The position numbers and the translations under genes are program-made. A stretch of DNA of 63,840 nucleotides, counting the filler, from Globobulimina sp. (Eukaryota), in NCBI GenBank assembly GCA_003354225.1. It is 41 parts of 41 records of this genome, joined end to end, with 100 filler letters (N's around TTAATTAATTAA, not from the genome) between each part and the next. Parts side by side here need not be neighbours in the genome. Positions count along the whole stretch, not along the records: positions 24,971 to 26,430 come from PIVH01016335.1; positions 26,531 to 27,990 come from PIVH01016336.1; positions 28,091 to 29,550 come from PIVH01016337.1; positions 29,651 to 31,110 come from PIVH01016338.1; positions 31,211 to 32,669 come from PIVH01016339.1; positions 32,770 to 34,228 come from PIVH01016340.1; positions 34,329 to 35,787 come from PIVH01016341.1; positions 35,888 to 37,346 come from PIVH01016342.1; 33 more parts are not named here. One strand, written 5' to 3'. How positions within the stretch are numbered: the stretch's first letter is position 1; every line of letters starts with the position of its first letter. Under the pieces are notes generated by a model that searched no databases, was not told where the DNA came from, and saw only the letters and a program-made list of their open reading frames with translations. This document shows positions 24,971 through 37,446 of the stretch, piece by piece.

Positions 24971-25829
24971 TTATGTGAGAAAATGTTTGATGACAAAAGA
25001 AGGAAATTATTAAATCATTCGTATGGTAAATGGGGTGATATACAAATTGAGAGTGCATTCATTGACATTTTGTGTAAAATATTTGCAGCGGACAATAAAG
25101 AATGGATAAATGCATTTAAATTGCAACAAAGCGATAAATACTTATTATTATTAAATAATTTTCGAAAATCAAAGTTGGCGTTTTATTCTCATACACAATG
25201 GCATTGCGTTGATATTCCCTTTGAATTTATTCAATTTATGCAAAATAAATTGGCGCATAAAAATCTAGGTATCATTCCATTTTATTTTTTTGTATTTGCT
25301 CAAGAAAATGATATGAAATCACACGTTTTTATGTGTGTTGATTTTAGAGAAAGTTGTAAATGGTAAAAATTGTTTTATTTTAAATGGGAATGTATTGTCG
25401 ATACATAATAATATTTGGATAAATGAGTTGTTTGATATTGTTGTGAATAAAATAATTAATCATTTAAATCAATTATTATCAAAAAAGAAAATGAGATTTT
25501 GTCAATATTTGTATATTATGGGCGGATGTGCAGAAAATCAATATTTACAAAAAAGATTAAATGAGGAATATAATGATTTTACAAAATATAAATTGGATGT
25601 TATAATATCAAGAAACATGAGATTTTTAGTATTGAACGGCGCAGTTAAAATTGCAAAAAATAAAGGAATAACTTTTAAATTTACAAAGCAAAAATGTTAT
25701 CATTGTAATAAGGATTTGAAGCAAAAAAGATTAAGATGCAGCGCATGCAAACGGACATATTATTGTTCCACTCAATGTCAGAAAGCAAATTGGAAAACGC
25801 ATCAACAAAAAAATGGCGAAAATGGATAA
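24971..25829 (+). CDS. HSPA12-like Hsp70 C-terminal half fused to a MYND zinc finger; intron 25269-25347
   Basis: GKWGDIQIESAF, YLYIMGGCAENQYLQ, LVLNGAV, then CYHC...RCSACKRTYYCSTQCQKANWKTH. Confidence 0.8.
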
Positions 25830-26374
25830 CATAAAAACTTCAAAGTTAGTCTGAAACTCACACATTTACACCACATTTCTTCACTGACCAGCACTTCCTC
25901 CATATTACAGTCCATAAATCAGACAAGCAAAGGTACAATATATGGAAAACGGAATTAGTGTACGTGCTGCACATAAAACATACGAGCATCAATCAACACA
26001 ACAAACAATAATTTTTATTATTTACGTTACTTTCAGCAAATAATGGACGGATATCTTTATAATCAGCCATATTGACACCTAATTTAATTAAATCTTTATC
26101 TGATGCGTCAAGAAAGTGAAACAAATTGAATACGTAGTTTTATTGCAAACAATGACCATACAATCATAGAAACTAATATATGTTTTCGGATTTTTGAATG
26201 AGTTTATGGGAAAAAATTGAAATCAAACATCCATCCATCTATCAATCCTCTCTATAATCCGGGCCATCCATCCAACGAGACACAAACGATCGAGGACATT
26301 AAGCTTAAAGCAAAACTTTTTTGTGTTCCAGCATCAAAAACAATGGATGCTGCCCGCGTCTCATTATGCTATTG

Positions 26375-26430
26375 ATTATGGTACTTATGGCGGCGAAGCC
26401 GCCCCATCGATATGGTATTTATGGTATTTA
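26375..26430. repeat. GC hairpin flanked by TATGGTA repeats (possible Helentron/HINE-like end)
   Basis: GGCGGC-GAA-GCCGCC at 26389-26403, with TATGGTAC/TATGGTAT repeats on both sides. Confidence 0.4.
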
Positions 26431-26836
26431 NNNNNNNNNNNNNNNNNNNNNNNNNNNNNNNNNNNNNNNNNNNNTTAATTAATTAANNNNNNNNNNNNNN
26501 NNNNNNNNNNNNNNNNNNNNNNNNNNNNNNTTAGATAGGCCCTATAAGCGGTTTATGCATTTCATTATTGTCTACATTGTTGCTTTTAGTGTCATCTGTA
26601 TCCACTGAAAGTTCGGGCACTGACGCTGCTTCCTCGAGGTTTGAGTAGGAACCAACAGCCTTCACTTTTATCAGTTCACTGGTTTCTTTCATACTGAGGG
26701 CTCAGGGCTGAGACATGGAGAAGTTGCTTAAAATATTTAAGTGAAACTTTTCGTTTTTCAAAAACTTCTCAAACGTCGTTTCGAGAATAACTGGAATTTT
26801 GATAAAACAGTACGTTGCATTCAACACATTAAGTCA

Positions 26837-27200
26837 TTAATTTTTCGTTACAGTGATGTCTTTGTTATCAGGCAAATTGAATTTTTGTTGCCATTCTTTT
26901 CTTTTTTGGGGATTTTGAATTAATTTGATCAATTTTTCAACACTTTTTGTTTTGAGATATTGCTTGCATAATTTGTGTTGATCTCTTATCAATGCCTCCC
27001 ATGTTAATTGTTTCAATTCCAACTTTCTTCTCTGTCTTTCTCTGTATCTTCTTGCTGCTTCGTTATTCCTTTCACGTCTGTTTATTAATATTAATATCAA
27101 TCCAAATGAGTCATTTCTAGTGTTTCGTAACGTGTAACACAGCACACTACATAGTACATACTTTGCTTGCTTTTCTTCTTCTATGTCTCTGTAAAAATAC
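26837..27200 (-). CDS. bZIP transcription factor, spliced, partial
   Basis: RRERNNEAARRYRERQR basic region followed by a leucine heptad. Confidence 0.75.
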
Positions 27201-27419
27201 AATTCTATAATTTTTATCAAATTTAGAAACAATAATAACAATACACATCATACGTTTTGATCACCGATCGTTTACTCGTTCTGTCGCGTGGCATTATGAA
27301 TGCGGTTAAGTGAAAGATGTTTGTTGAAAGTTTTAACAAAAACGGTAAATTTAACAAGTCGGTCAAGTCCGCATTATCGACTCTTTGTTATTGCGCACGT
27401 GCAAGGATATAATGCAAAT

Positions 27420-27903
27420 CTATTGATCATTGGAGATGTGATGCAATTTATATGTCAGCACCTCCAAATTTGCCTGATTAAATAGTTGGATACATTTGAA
27501 TGGCTGAAGGTATTCTTCATAAAACAAGCGATTATCATTGATTACAGCTCGTGGATCCTTTTCTTTTTGAGTGTCATACGAATTACCAAATCCGGATTGT
27601 TTTTGCAATCCATTTTTAGCTTTGATTGCAGCAGCGCGAGTTGGCAACATTTGTGATGATAATTTGTTTGTCTCTTGGTTTGATGAAAGAATCCATGTTT
27701 CGATGTCAAATGAATCTCCACAAACACATGAATTTTGATAAATATTCTTATTCTTATTCTTATTATTATTATTATTCACATTGTTAATTCCGGTGAATGA
27801 GTGTTGTGAATCATTGTTATTTAATAAATGACTCAGTTTCTGTTTGTTTGATGATTTCTTTTTCGTTTTACGTGACTTTGCTTTTGGTTGTTTTGTGCTC
27901 ATA
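27420..27903 (-). CDS. Hypothetical Asn/Lys-rich protein
   Basis: ORF with low-complexity N-runs. Confidence 0.35.
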
Positions 27904-28090
27904 AGAGTCACCTTCAACAAGCTGACAGTTTTTGTACTAGAAACTAAAAAACTATAAATCAACATTTTGATTCTTTTCAAAACTACATTANNNNNNNNNN
28001 NNNNNNNNNNNNNNNNNNNNNNNNNNNNNNNNNNTTAATTAATTAANNNNNNNNNNNNNNNNNNNNNNNNNNNNNNNNNNNNNNNNNNNN

Positions 28091-29324
28091 CATTTCTTAC
28101 CGTAAACTCGACAGTATCCGCAATGGCCACATCCAGCTCTTTGCAGCGCAATGTGACATTTGCCACAATCTTATAACATTCCGACGGCATATACAGATTA
28201 CAAATATCTAATTGTACACTGCCTGCATTCTCCGCCAAGTACCCATTCGGTGACGCCTTCAAATACCAAATGCCGTATTTTGGCCCACAAAATACCTTCC
28301 CATTGGGCGCATTTTTGAATTTCAACAACTGATTCTCGCTGATTTTCCATTCATAATTTTGTATCTCCTCATTATAATTCCTGCTCTGCTTCAAATACAA
28401 TGGTTTGCTCTGTGTAATGTCCATCGATGTCAATTTTAATACTTCCACCTCGCAAATAAAGGTCAGACTTTGTGTGTTTTGCACTTCATACACTTCCAAT
28501 GAGTACGGACGCAGCAAATTGATGGATTTCTTGGACTCTGCTCCATGGACTGTCATGTCGAATACTCCATAACTTCTCGTCTTACACTCAATGCATACGA
28601 TCGAGGCACAGCATGTCACTGTTTTGGTGTTGCGGGGTAACTGCAATAAGTGCAGTAATAGGGACATACTGTGCGGATATTTGCTGTTTAAGTTGTTTCT
28701 AATCTGCAGTTGAAATTTTATATTATCAGCAAATTTATCCACAATAAATACGTCGCTCCATAGCATGTATCCAGCTCTCTTTATTAATAATGGTATCTGA
28801 GCAGGTTTTATTTGCCAAATGGTTTTTGTATCAATGGAGGTCGTGCCGGCAAATGGCGATATGTCCAATCTCAGTGTTTTAGTGTGTTTCTGTGTGCAGC
28901 CTTCGATCGGAGTATCGGTCTCATCCTCTTTTACATCGTCAATGTGATATATATTCCAATGAAAGGTGAGGGCGGAGAATGCTGTTAATTCTTGAGATGG
29001 TAATGTCGATGCAATATAATGATGCAATTGTTTCTGGTGAAATTGTAAAGTGAATGATTGTTTGAATGATATTTGTTGTAAAATAAGAGATAGTTCAATA
29101 GTCAATGCAGTGTTGGACGGTATTGCATGACTTGAACTGATATATAATTGAAATGTGATAATATCTTTATATTTTGAATCATGCCCCGAAGGGAAACATA
29201 GCAATGAAAAAGTTATATTTTTGCCATTGCCGGATAAAATAAAGTTATTTGAACATTTTAAATATTCGCCGTGTTTAAGGCTTCGGAACGATTCAAATTC
29301 GTGGTCCTTTAATTGCCATTTCAT
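28091..29324 (-). CDS. Tandem MATH/TRAF-like domain protein, partial
   Basis: Three repeats of WxI...F / WYLKASPNG / LxLxL beta-sandwich pattern. Confidence 0.6.
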
Positions 29325-30224
29325 TTAGTCTTTGGATAATGAAGATGAAAAGCAACAGGTTTGTTTTTGGAAAACTCAAAAAAACGGATGAAAGCTGGCA
29401 TTTTAAGTCCGATTGCAGACTCACGGATTGGTGGAACATCCATTGAGAGATTTGCAATGAGTGCAATTTTTTTAATATTTCAATTTACGCTGAAAACTCT
29501 GTTGTTAACTTTTTTTAATATTTCAATTTAAATACCACATACAGTGTAAANNNNNNNNNNNNNNNNNNNNNNNNNNNNNNNNNNNNNNNNNNNNTTAATT
29601 AATTAANNNNNNNNNNNNNNNNNNNNNNNNNNNNNNNNNNNNNNNNNNNNGTAAATAGGATTTATTTTGGACCATATTGGGTGATTGTATTGCTTGCATC
29701 TAACTGTATATTTATCATACAAAAATTGTTAACGCAAACCCAGAAAGCAAACCCAAATAACAGTTTTTGTTTTTACTTTCTCACTTCAACTAAAATAAAG
29801 TTCGTGCCCCCAAAGAACAGACAACTCCATGACACCAACAGTCACAAACAAATACACCACATATAATAACTACTCCTCGCTCTCTAGTCACTCGGTAGTC
29901 AATCTATAGTCACTCTGTTATATAACAACAGAAACAGAAACCCATATCCATCAATATCACCATATTCATATTCATTATTAATATCACATAATAAACATAT
30001 CCATCAATAACAACATATTAATATTATTTATATGTACAAACAAGGCAGACGTTTCTCATACAATATCGTATGACGAAATGACTTGTTTCCGAGTACCCGG
30101 TCAGGCCTCCATGATGTCAGTGGGAAAGGAGTATTCATCAAAATCCATATTATGTACACAAATATCACCAATTTATACGAAAACGATGGGTGAACACCTT
30201 CACATTTGAAGCCCTAAATTTGCC

Positions 30225-31110
30225 TTAAATGTCATAACGATGACACAAATCACACATAATAGGCAATTTTAATAACGATTTTATATCGAATCTTGACGCC
30301 AAATCCGGGATTTTATTTGCTTTTGATTTAATAAAATCGATATACAAATTTATTGATTCTTCCACAGCAAACATACATATCCAACGAACTCCATCTTGTA
30401 AGAATTCATCATCAGAGTTCTTGTTAATAACCACTGCCAAAACGTGTTTATTGTCCGTTTTTAATAATATTTTTGTGTGTGATCTTATTAAATGCCTAAA
30501 TGTGTGTAATCCCGTTATAATCGCTAATAATTCAAAATGCGCGATCGCATATTCTTTGACATATTCTGTACGTAGCGATCTGTATACATTTGTAAATTCC
30601 TTTGGTATTGGCATCGCAAACCAATTCCCTTTATACCAACAACCGATCGCCGGACACCAACCTAAGTCACGACTTCCATTGGTTGCCGCATCAAAATGAA
30701 TCTCATCCTCTGGGTATATTGGATCGCATATATCGAAGATCGACACTTTGTTAACGATCTTAATGTATTTCTTCCACCATAAAAAGTCCAACATCTCCCA
30801 TCCTTCAAATATCACAATCACATTCTTGCGACCATACAATTTTATATATTCATACAATTTATCTCTTAACCTCTTCAGAAATGCTTTTCCTGGCCATTTA
30901 AATCCAGAAAAATCCTCCAATTTCCCTATAATTGATTCAAATGTTTCTAAGTCAGCGACCTGATGCAATAACACCATATTTAATAGTTGCTCAATTTTAT
31001 AAATTTTTATTTCTCTCATTTTAATTGACATGTCCTCAGTATCTATGTCAAAACCAATAAGCTCCAAATAATCCATTGGACCCTCTCTCTTCGTTTCCTT
31101 TTCCACCAAA
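30225..31110 (-). mobile_element. Tyrosine-recombinase retrotransposon (DIRS/Ngaro-like) pol: RT thumb plus RNase H
   Basis: KREGP...LIGFDIDT, SIIGKL, DFLWW, HFDAA, IAHFELLAI, KTDN, NKIPDLASR match the DIRS-type RNase HI pattern. Confidence 0.85.
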
Positions 31111-31211
31111 NNNNNNNNNNNNNNNNNNNNNNNNNNNNNNNNNNNNNNNNNNNNTTAATTAATTAANNNNNNNNNNNNNNNNNNNNNNNNNNNNNNNNNN
31201 NNNNNNNNNNA

Positions 31212-32135
31212 TTATTTTTTATTCACCAATAAATTGACTGTTTTTGTATTGACATTTTGATTCTGTATATTACCGCCACTCCCTTTTCTAAGATGCTGAT
31301 ATTCATTAAATCGTTTACATTCAATACAACAGCAACTACAATATGCTAAATCTACACTGCAGCAATATTTGCCAATAAAAAACGGAAAAAAGGAGGTGTT
31401 GACACGAGAGACATAATCAACATAACTTTGCTTATATTTATACAGCAGTGATTTATCAATGATGTCAATCCGTAATGCTTCAACAAATATAAATAATGTG
31501 AAGCTAAGATATTCAAACCAATGGCCAGTACATAATAAATAACCAAATTCCCAACTTGCCCATATTAAATATATAGGATGGCGACAATATTTATACGGTC
31601 CCACCACAACTAGTTCTCTCTCATTCCAATACAATTTATTATTTAAGTCTGCTTTATTTTCGTCGCCACTTATTTGTAATGTGACGTTTTCATCGTCAAT
31701 ATGTGTGACAATGATATCTATTTTGTGAATACTCATATCATTCAAAAACAGTGGGGATTGAACACCGAAACCTAAATAATATTCGATTTCAAAGAATAAT
31801 ACGTTTCCAATTACCACCAAACCACAGCCAATCCATGGAATGATATATTCATATTCACCATCATCTGTATCCAATGTAACACCAAATATCATCCATTTAT
31901 TCCATGACAAGCTCATCTCACTCAATACAATGGCAACAATAAAAAACACAACCGCAAATATCTCCAAATATTCATGCATCGGCGGCAATTTCGACGTCTT
32001 ATCATGTTTGAAGTAGTGATACACGAATAACACAGTTTGAATGAGTCCAGAAACTGACAAAATTATGTTAATAATTCCTTGCTGTGAGGTAAAACTGTAG
32101 GAAAACTCAGACATGTCGAGCTGAGTTGAGTGCAA
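31212..32135 (-). CDS. ICMT/PEMT-family membrane methyltransferase
   Basis: LVVVGPYKYCRHPIY and YVDYVSRV motifs; several TM helices. Confidence 0.8.
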   Translation of the reverse strand: MHSTQLDMSEFSYSFTSQQGIINIILSVSGLIQTVLFVYHYFKHDKTSKLPPMHEYLEIFAVVFFIVAIVLSEMSLSWNKWMIFGVTLDTDDGEYEYIIPWIGCGLVVIGNVLFFEIEYYLGFGVQSPLFLNDMSIHKIDIIVTHIDDENVTLQISGDENKADLNNKLYWNERELVVVGPYKYCRHPIYLIWASWEFGYLLCTGHWFEYLSFTLFIFVEALRIDIIDKSLLYKYKQSYVDYVSRVNTSFFPFFIGKYCCSVDLAYCSCCCIECKRFNEYQHLRKGSGGNIQNQNVNTKTVNLLVNKK

Positions 32136-32199
32136 GTGTGGTTTTTTGCAGACGTAAGCAAAGATATTAATAATGTTTTATATTTACATTTGATTTGCG

Positions 32200-32669
32200 T
32201 TATGAGGTGCAAGTAATTTTGGGCGTCACCGAAGTGGCAGAGACCGAGGCTTCGTTGCATTGCCAGGATTGAGTGCCTCCGCTAATCTGCACATTCTTCA
32301 AAACGATGTTAGTGCACGGAAAGGAAGGCTGACACGCAATTTGTCCAACTTGTTTTGTGCCATTTTGATGCGACACAATGTCTTGAAATGTGATGTCGTC
32401 CACTCTGAACTTCGTGGTCTCGTTCTTGTTGCTGCTGTAATATTCAGTCAAGACAATAGTTTGCGAGACATCCGTCATTGTCAAATTCCTGAACATAACA
32501 TTCCATAATCTGCCACTTCCCGCATTGTTATCAATTTTGATCCGCGCGGCCGGCGTCGTGCCAACAAACACAATTTTTTGAACCGTAATATTTGTCAAAT
32601 ATCCTCCACTCAGCGAACCGATACTCGCTCCATGTGCCGAACCAAAATGGCAGTTTGTAATCAAAGTAT
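32200..32669 (-). CDS. GH28 polygalacturonase C-terminal half
   Basis: GSAHGASIGS, ARIK, and the C-terminal CxxxxPCxNI motif. Confidence 0.85.
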
Positions 32670-32801
32670 NNNNNNNNNNNNNNNNNNNNNNNNNNNNNNN
32701 NNNNNNNNNNNNNTTAATTAATTAANNNNNNNNNNNNNNNNNNNNNNNNNNNNNNNNNNNNNNNNNNNNTGCATAAAAACAATAATAATAATTATAAAAA
32801 G

Positions 32802-33140
32802 ATGAATACAAATAATAGGAAAGTAGCAGTGGATAATAATATAAATAAAAGATATGTGATGATGGTGAAAAATCAGCAAAGTAATTCGATTAAGAATATA
32901 TTATCCAAAATAACGGCGTTTGACGGTAAGAATGGGAAGCAATTTGTGGAGGCGTTTTGTAAAATGGCTAAATATGGAAAACCTAAATATGAGATAACAT
33001 ATGTAAAGCAAGTGTGGCTTTGTCGGATAGAGATAATACAAATGAAATTAAAACAGGAATATACAGCAAAACAAAAAAAAGCTGCAAGTAATCAATGTTA
33101 TCAGCAATTAGCTGCCAGGATTAACAAAATATGTACATGA
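32802..33140 (+). CDS. Double-stranded RNA-binding motif (dsRBD) protein
   Basis: KQFVEAFCK...PKYE...KQKKAASNQCYQQL fits the alpha-beta-beta-beta-alpha dsRBD with KKxA. Confidence 0.55.
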   Translation: MNTNNRKVAVDNNINKRYVMMVKNQQSNSIKNILSKITAFDGKNGKQFVEAFCKMAKYGKPKYEITYVKQVWLCRIEIIQMKLKQEYTAKQKKAASNQCYQQLAARINKICT

Positions 33141-33596
33141 TATGCATGACATTGTTGTTTAGTGTTTATTATTTTGAACTGTTTACTGTTAAGACAAATT
33201 ATTAAAAATCCGCATGCACTTTCATCAAATTAAAAAAAAAGACTAAGTAACATGTTACTGTTTGCGTGCATTGCAGCACTAATGTTATTTCCAACGATAA
33301 TGGTGCATTATTGTCAACATTTTAGGTTTCAATTATGCCAAATGACCACCTTATTCGACATGGTGAGATATCGAGCAACCAGCGCTACAAAACCAGAGCT
33401 GGCTAAACAAAATAGTACCGTTAGCCAATCAAATGTATGTACTGAAACTGTATGTTTGTATATGTTATTCAGAAACTGTATATATATATGTATGTAATAT
33501 GTAAAAATCTACAAACAACAACAACAGAATCTGAAATGTTGCGCATTACACTTCGCCGATGATTTTAATTTCTTTCCAGTCTCATTCCTATGTTAC

Positions 33597-34228
33597 ATGA
33601 TATTTACACTCATTATTTGTTTAATTATTATTTTTTTAGAGGTTATTCATAAATATCAAGAGCCAACACATCAACTTATACATTTACATGATTTACATCA
33701 CATCAATTCAAAAAAGACTGCTTCTTCAACAATTGACATATGCATTGATTTTGTGCTCGTTTACGGCATTATGATACTTGCTTTGTGTGAATCACTATTC
33801 AATTTTTATAGATATTATACAACTTTTGCAATGAACAAATTTAAAGAAATAGCAACGTCGTCAGTGTTATATAGATTTTCCGTATTCGTCATGCTATTCG
33901 TCCCATTATTTGTTATTGAAATACATTTTTATTATTGGCTGTTTCCCATTGTATTGGCTTTATATTGCTGTTTGAATTGGTATTGTTGCTGGAAATTCGC
34001 ATCGATTTTGGTCAAACGGTATAAATTGTTGATTGGTATGTGATTCAGCAAAAATTAATTCATTTCTATATAAAATAGTATGCCAAAAATATATATATAT
34101 AGCAATGGATGACGACCTTTATTCAACAGTAAATAAAGAGACATTGCACTCAGTATATTTAGTAAGGAGATCATCGTTGATTTGCTGTAGTTTGCAGTCC
34201 GTATCTTTTGCTTTATTTGTTGTTTCCA
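33597..34228 (+). CDS. Multi-pass (7TM/GPCR-like) membrane protein, spliced, partial
   Basis: Serial hydrophobic helices, FNFYRY; GTATGT...TAG intron at ~34036-34102. Confidence 0.5.
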
Positions 34229-34328
34229 NNNNNNNNNNNNNNNNNNNNNNNNNNNNNNNNNNNNNNNNNNNNTTAATTAATTAANNNNNNNNNNNNNNNN
34301 NNNNNNNNNNNNNNNNNNNNNNNNNNNN

Positions 34329-35229
34329 GCAAACAGTACGGCATGAATTTGAGACGAAATTGTTAGATTTGAATGGAAAATACCAAGTAATATTAGAGAA
34401 TCTAAAAAAAGATTTAAATTTGCAAACCAAATTACAAATTCATGAAATCGAAGAAAGGAAAAACTTGCATATAAATGACTTAATATTCAATCATGAAAAA
34501 TCATTCTCAAAAATGAAAGAATACTATAATTCAATAACTAGGGATAATTTGGATTTAATTCGAGCATTAAAAACGGAATTAAATGAATTGGAGAATAAAA
34601 TAAAAAGTCACGAAATTAAATATCAAAATATTTTAAGTGAAAACAAGAAATTAAACTTACCATTAAATAAAGCAAAGAATGAAGTATTAGTATACAATAA
34701 AAAATTAGTTAATTATAAGAAAGATAAACGTTCATTGAAATCAAATCAAAAACATTTACTATCATTGACAAATAAATTAAATGTATTAAAAAAACAGAAT
34801 CAAAATTTAAAAAATAAAAATCAAACTATCATAGAGAATAAAACAAATTTAATCAATAAATATTCAAACATTGATTCAAATGAGTCCGTTAATCAGGATT
34901 TAAATAATAAATTGCTTCGATTACAGAACCAATTTAAGTGCAAACAAAAAGAATTAAATAAAATATTAAACGAAACGAATTTAGATAAAGTGGTTGTAAA
35001 TCATCTGACAAACAAATTAGACAAAATTATTCATCATAAAAATAATGAGATCGAAGAAAAACGTTATGATATAAATAAAATTCAAAAAATGCATGATGAC
35101 TTACTTCGTGTCTACCAATCAAAAATAAAGGAATTAGCACCACATGTTGCTGATCATCAATTATTCCATATTCAATACATAAATAATGTAAAAGGTGCGA
35201 CAATTCCCGCTGGCTTTCTTACGCATTAA
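34329..35229 (+). CDS. GAS8: Dynein regulatory complex subunit 4 (GAS8/DRC4), 5' partial
   Basis: HEIEERKNLHINDLIFNHEKSFSKMKEYYNSITRDNLDLIRALK and KMHDDLLRVYQSKI. Confidence 0.9.
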
Positions 35230-35404
35230 CAATTGTATACAATAATATGTGTTTTTCCTTAATTTCACGTGAATTATATTAAATTGAAACTTTCATCCAT
35301 ATCTACCACGTTACGTATGCATGAAAATGCAGCATGTGTATAAGTAGAAACAAATGAGTTTGATGCTATATAAAGGCAAAAGAGTTTCGACCCCTTAACA
35401 AAAA

Positions 35405-35787
35405 ATGAACCATCCTGTCAGGAAAAGACGATTCCAATTATTAGTAAGTGGATACGTTAGAAAATATAGGACTCAATACATCCATACAGATATTATTAGT
35501 ATCATTCATGCGTTCCATTATTATATTTTATTGCTATTATATTCTATTGGTAGCAACGAAGATGGACAGCAAGGTAATGGAGGAAACGAAGATATTAAAA
35601 AAATAACAAAAATAAAAACATTTGATAAAAAAATAAAAAATATTGTTACTTGTGGTGGTTGGAGTGGTGTAGCAGCATATATTTTATTTGAAGATGAAAC
35701 ATATGAATGTTGTGGTTGTAATAAAAAGGGTGTATTAGGTGTTGGGCATAATAATAATATCAATATATGGCATCAAATAAAAGATAT
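35405..35787 (+). CDS. RCC1-repeat protein with N-terminal LVSGYVR motif, partial
   Basis: LYSIGSNEDGQQGNG and CCGCNKKGVLGVG are RCC1 repeats. Confidence 0.75.
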
Positions 35788-35887
35788 NNNNNNNNNNNNN
35801 NNNNNNNNNNNNNNNNNNNNNNNNNNNNNNNTTAATTAATTAANNNNNNNNNNNNNNNNNNNNNNNNNNNNNNNNNNNNNNNNNNNN

Positions 35888-37297
35888 TCTGCTTTCCAAT
35901 GATTTCAATCTCTCATATTGATTACTTGTTATTTTTTTTAACCGGAATGCTTCGCAAAATATTTTGCAAAGCCACGAAAAGTCGGTATATAATTTAATAG
36001 ATATTACATGTTTCAATGTTATTGGATCTCCACAATTAATTTTATAAATTGTTGAATTGGTGCCATTCGATGATATTTGTTTTATTTTATCAACTTTCAA
36101 CAATATTTCACATTCTTTTACTAAATCATTCCATTGACTTTGCGAAAATCTTCTGAAATTTAACAATTCTTCCTTCAAATCATTATATTGATGCACAATA
36201 CACATTTTATTGCATTTTTGTTGTTCCCAATACCAAAATTCAACGCCATAATCATAGACAATGTCAGACGATTTGGTTTGGAATAAATCCTTGCATTCAC
36301 TGTGTAATTCCATCCATTGCTTCTCTGTATAATTAAAATTGCAGTATCTATCTATTGCTGCGTTAACATTCCATTTGGAAGCATTCAAAAAGAACACAGC
36401 AACATCTTTGCTGCAATTTGTCCACACACAAAATGTTTGTATCAAATCTGAATCTGTATCTTCTTCTAAATGACACATATTTTTATTGGATGATACAATT
36501 GATTTACTAATTTTACTTGATACAATTGCCATTGTTGCTGCTGCTTTTTTCTTTGCCTTTATTGGCGTTGTCCATTTATTAATATTCGTATAAATCCGAG
36601 CAAATTCTTTTTTATTCCAATTTGAAACAGATTTAAAACACTTTGCGAAAGTTGAACTGTTCATAAATGCTTTGCTTCCTTTGGTTTTGGTGAATAAAGT
36701 TCCTGTGAATTGTTTTTGTATTGCTATTGTTTCAATTTCTTTACAATTAATCTTAGGATTTACTTTTGATGCGGCCACTTTTAACAGTTTGATAAAGTTA
36801 GCAGTGCTCAGATCTTTTTTCTCCATAATTCCACATAGCATCGAACTGTATATTTGATGCCGGCGTATTTGATTTATATCTTTAGCGAGTAATTCGTTTT
36901 TAAATATGATTGATAATAATTGATCATTTTCTTTATTCAATAATATATCACATAAATCATTGATTAATTCTTGTTTCCGATATCCATAATCACTAAAAAC
37001 TAATTGCAATTTATTTACTTCAATATGTACATCATTGCCATTCAAAATCAATGCAATTTTATTGCAATTTATATCTAAATCATCGATTGTTATATATTTA
37101 CGTTTATAGTTATTTATCGAAAATGATATGTTGCAATTATTTGGTTTTTGTTTATGTAACTTTTCATCATCGATTGTATCTTCATTCTCATCCTTTACTT
37201 CATCCACTTCATATAATTTCGATTCAAGATATTTAATATTAATTTCATCATTGTTTAATTCTAAAAACTCATATGAATGAATAAAATAAGTATGCAT
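35888..37297 (-). CDS. Large hypothetical protein with a UBA-like (DCN1/TAP-C type) domain and an LYTD-containing helical domain, partial
   Basis: LIQTFCVWTNCSKDVAVFFLNASKWNVNAAIDRY; HVISIKLYTDF. Confidence 0.6.
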
Positions 37298-37446
37298 TTT
37301 AGAAACGAGATTGAATGCGTACGCCTCATAAAAGTTACTATGTTGCNNNNNNNNNNNNNNNNNNNNNNNNNNNNNNNNNNNNNNNNNNNNTTAATTAATT
37401 AANNNNNNNNNNNNNNNNNNNNNNNNNNNNNNNNNNNNNNNNNNNN

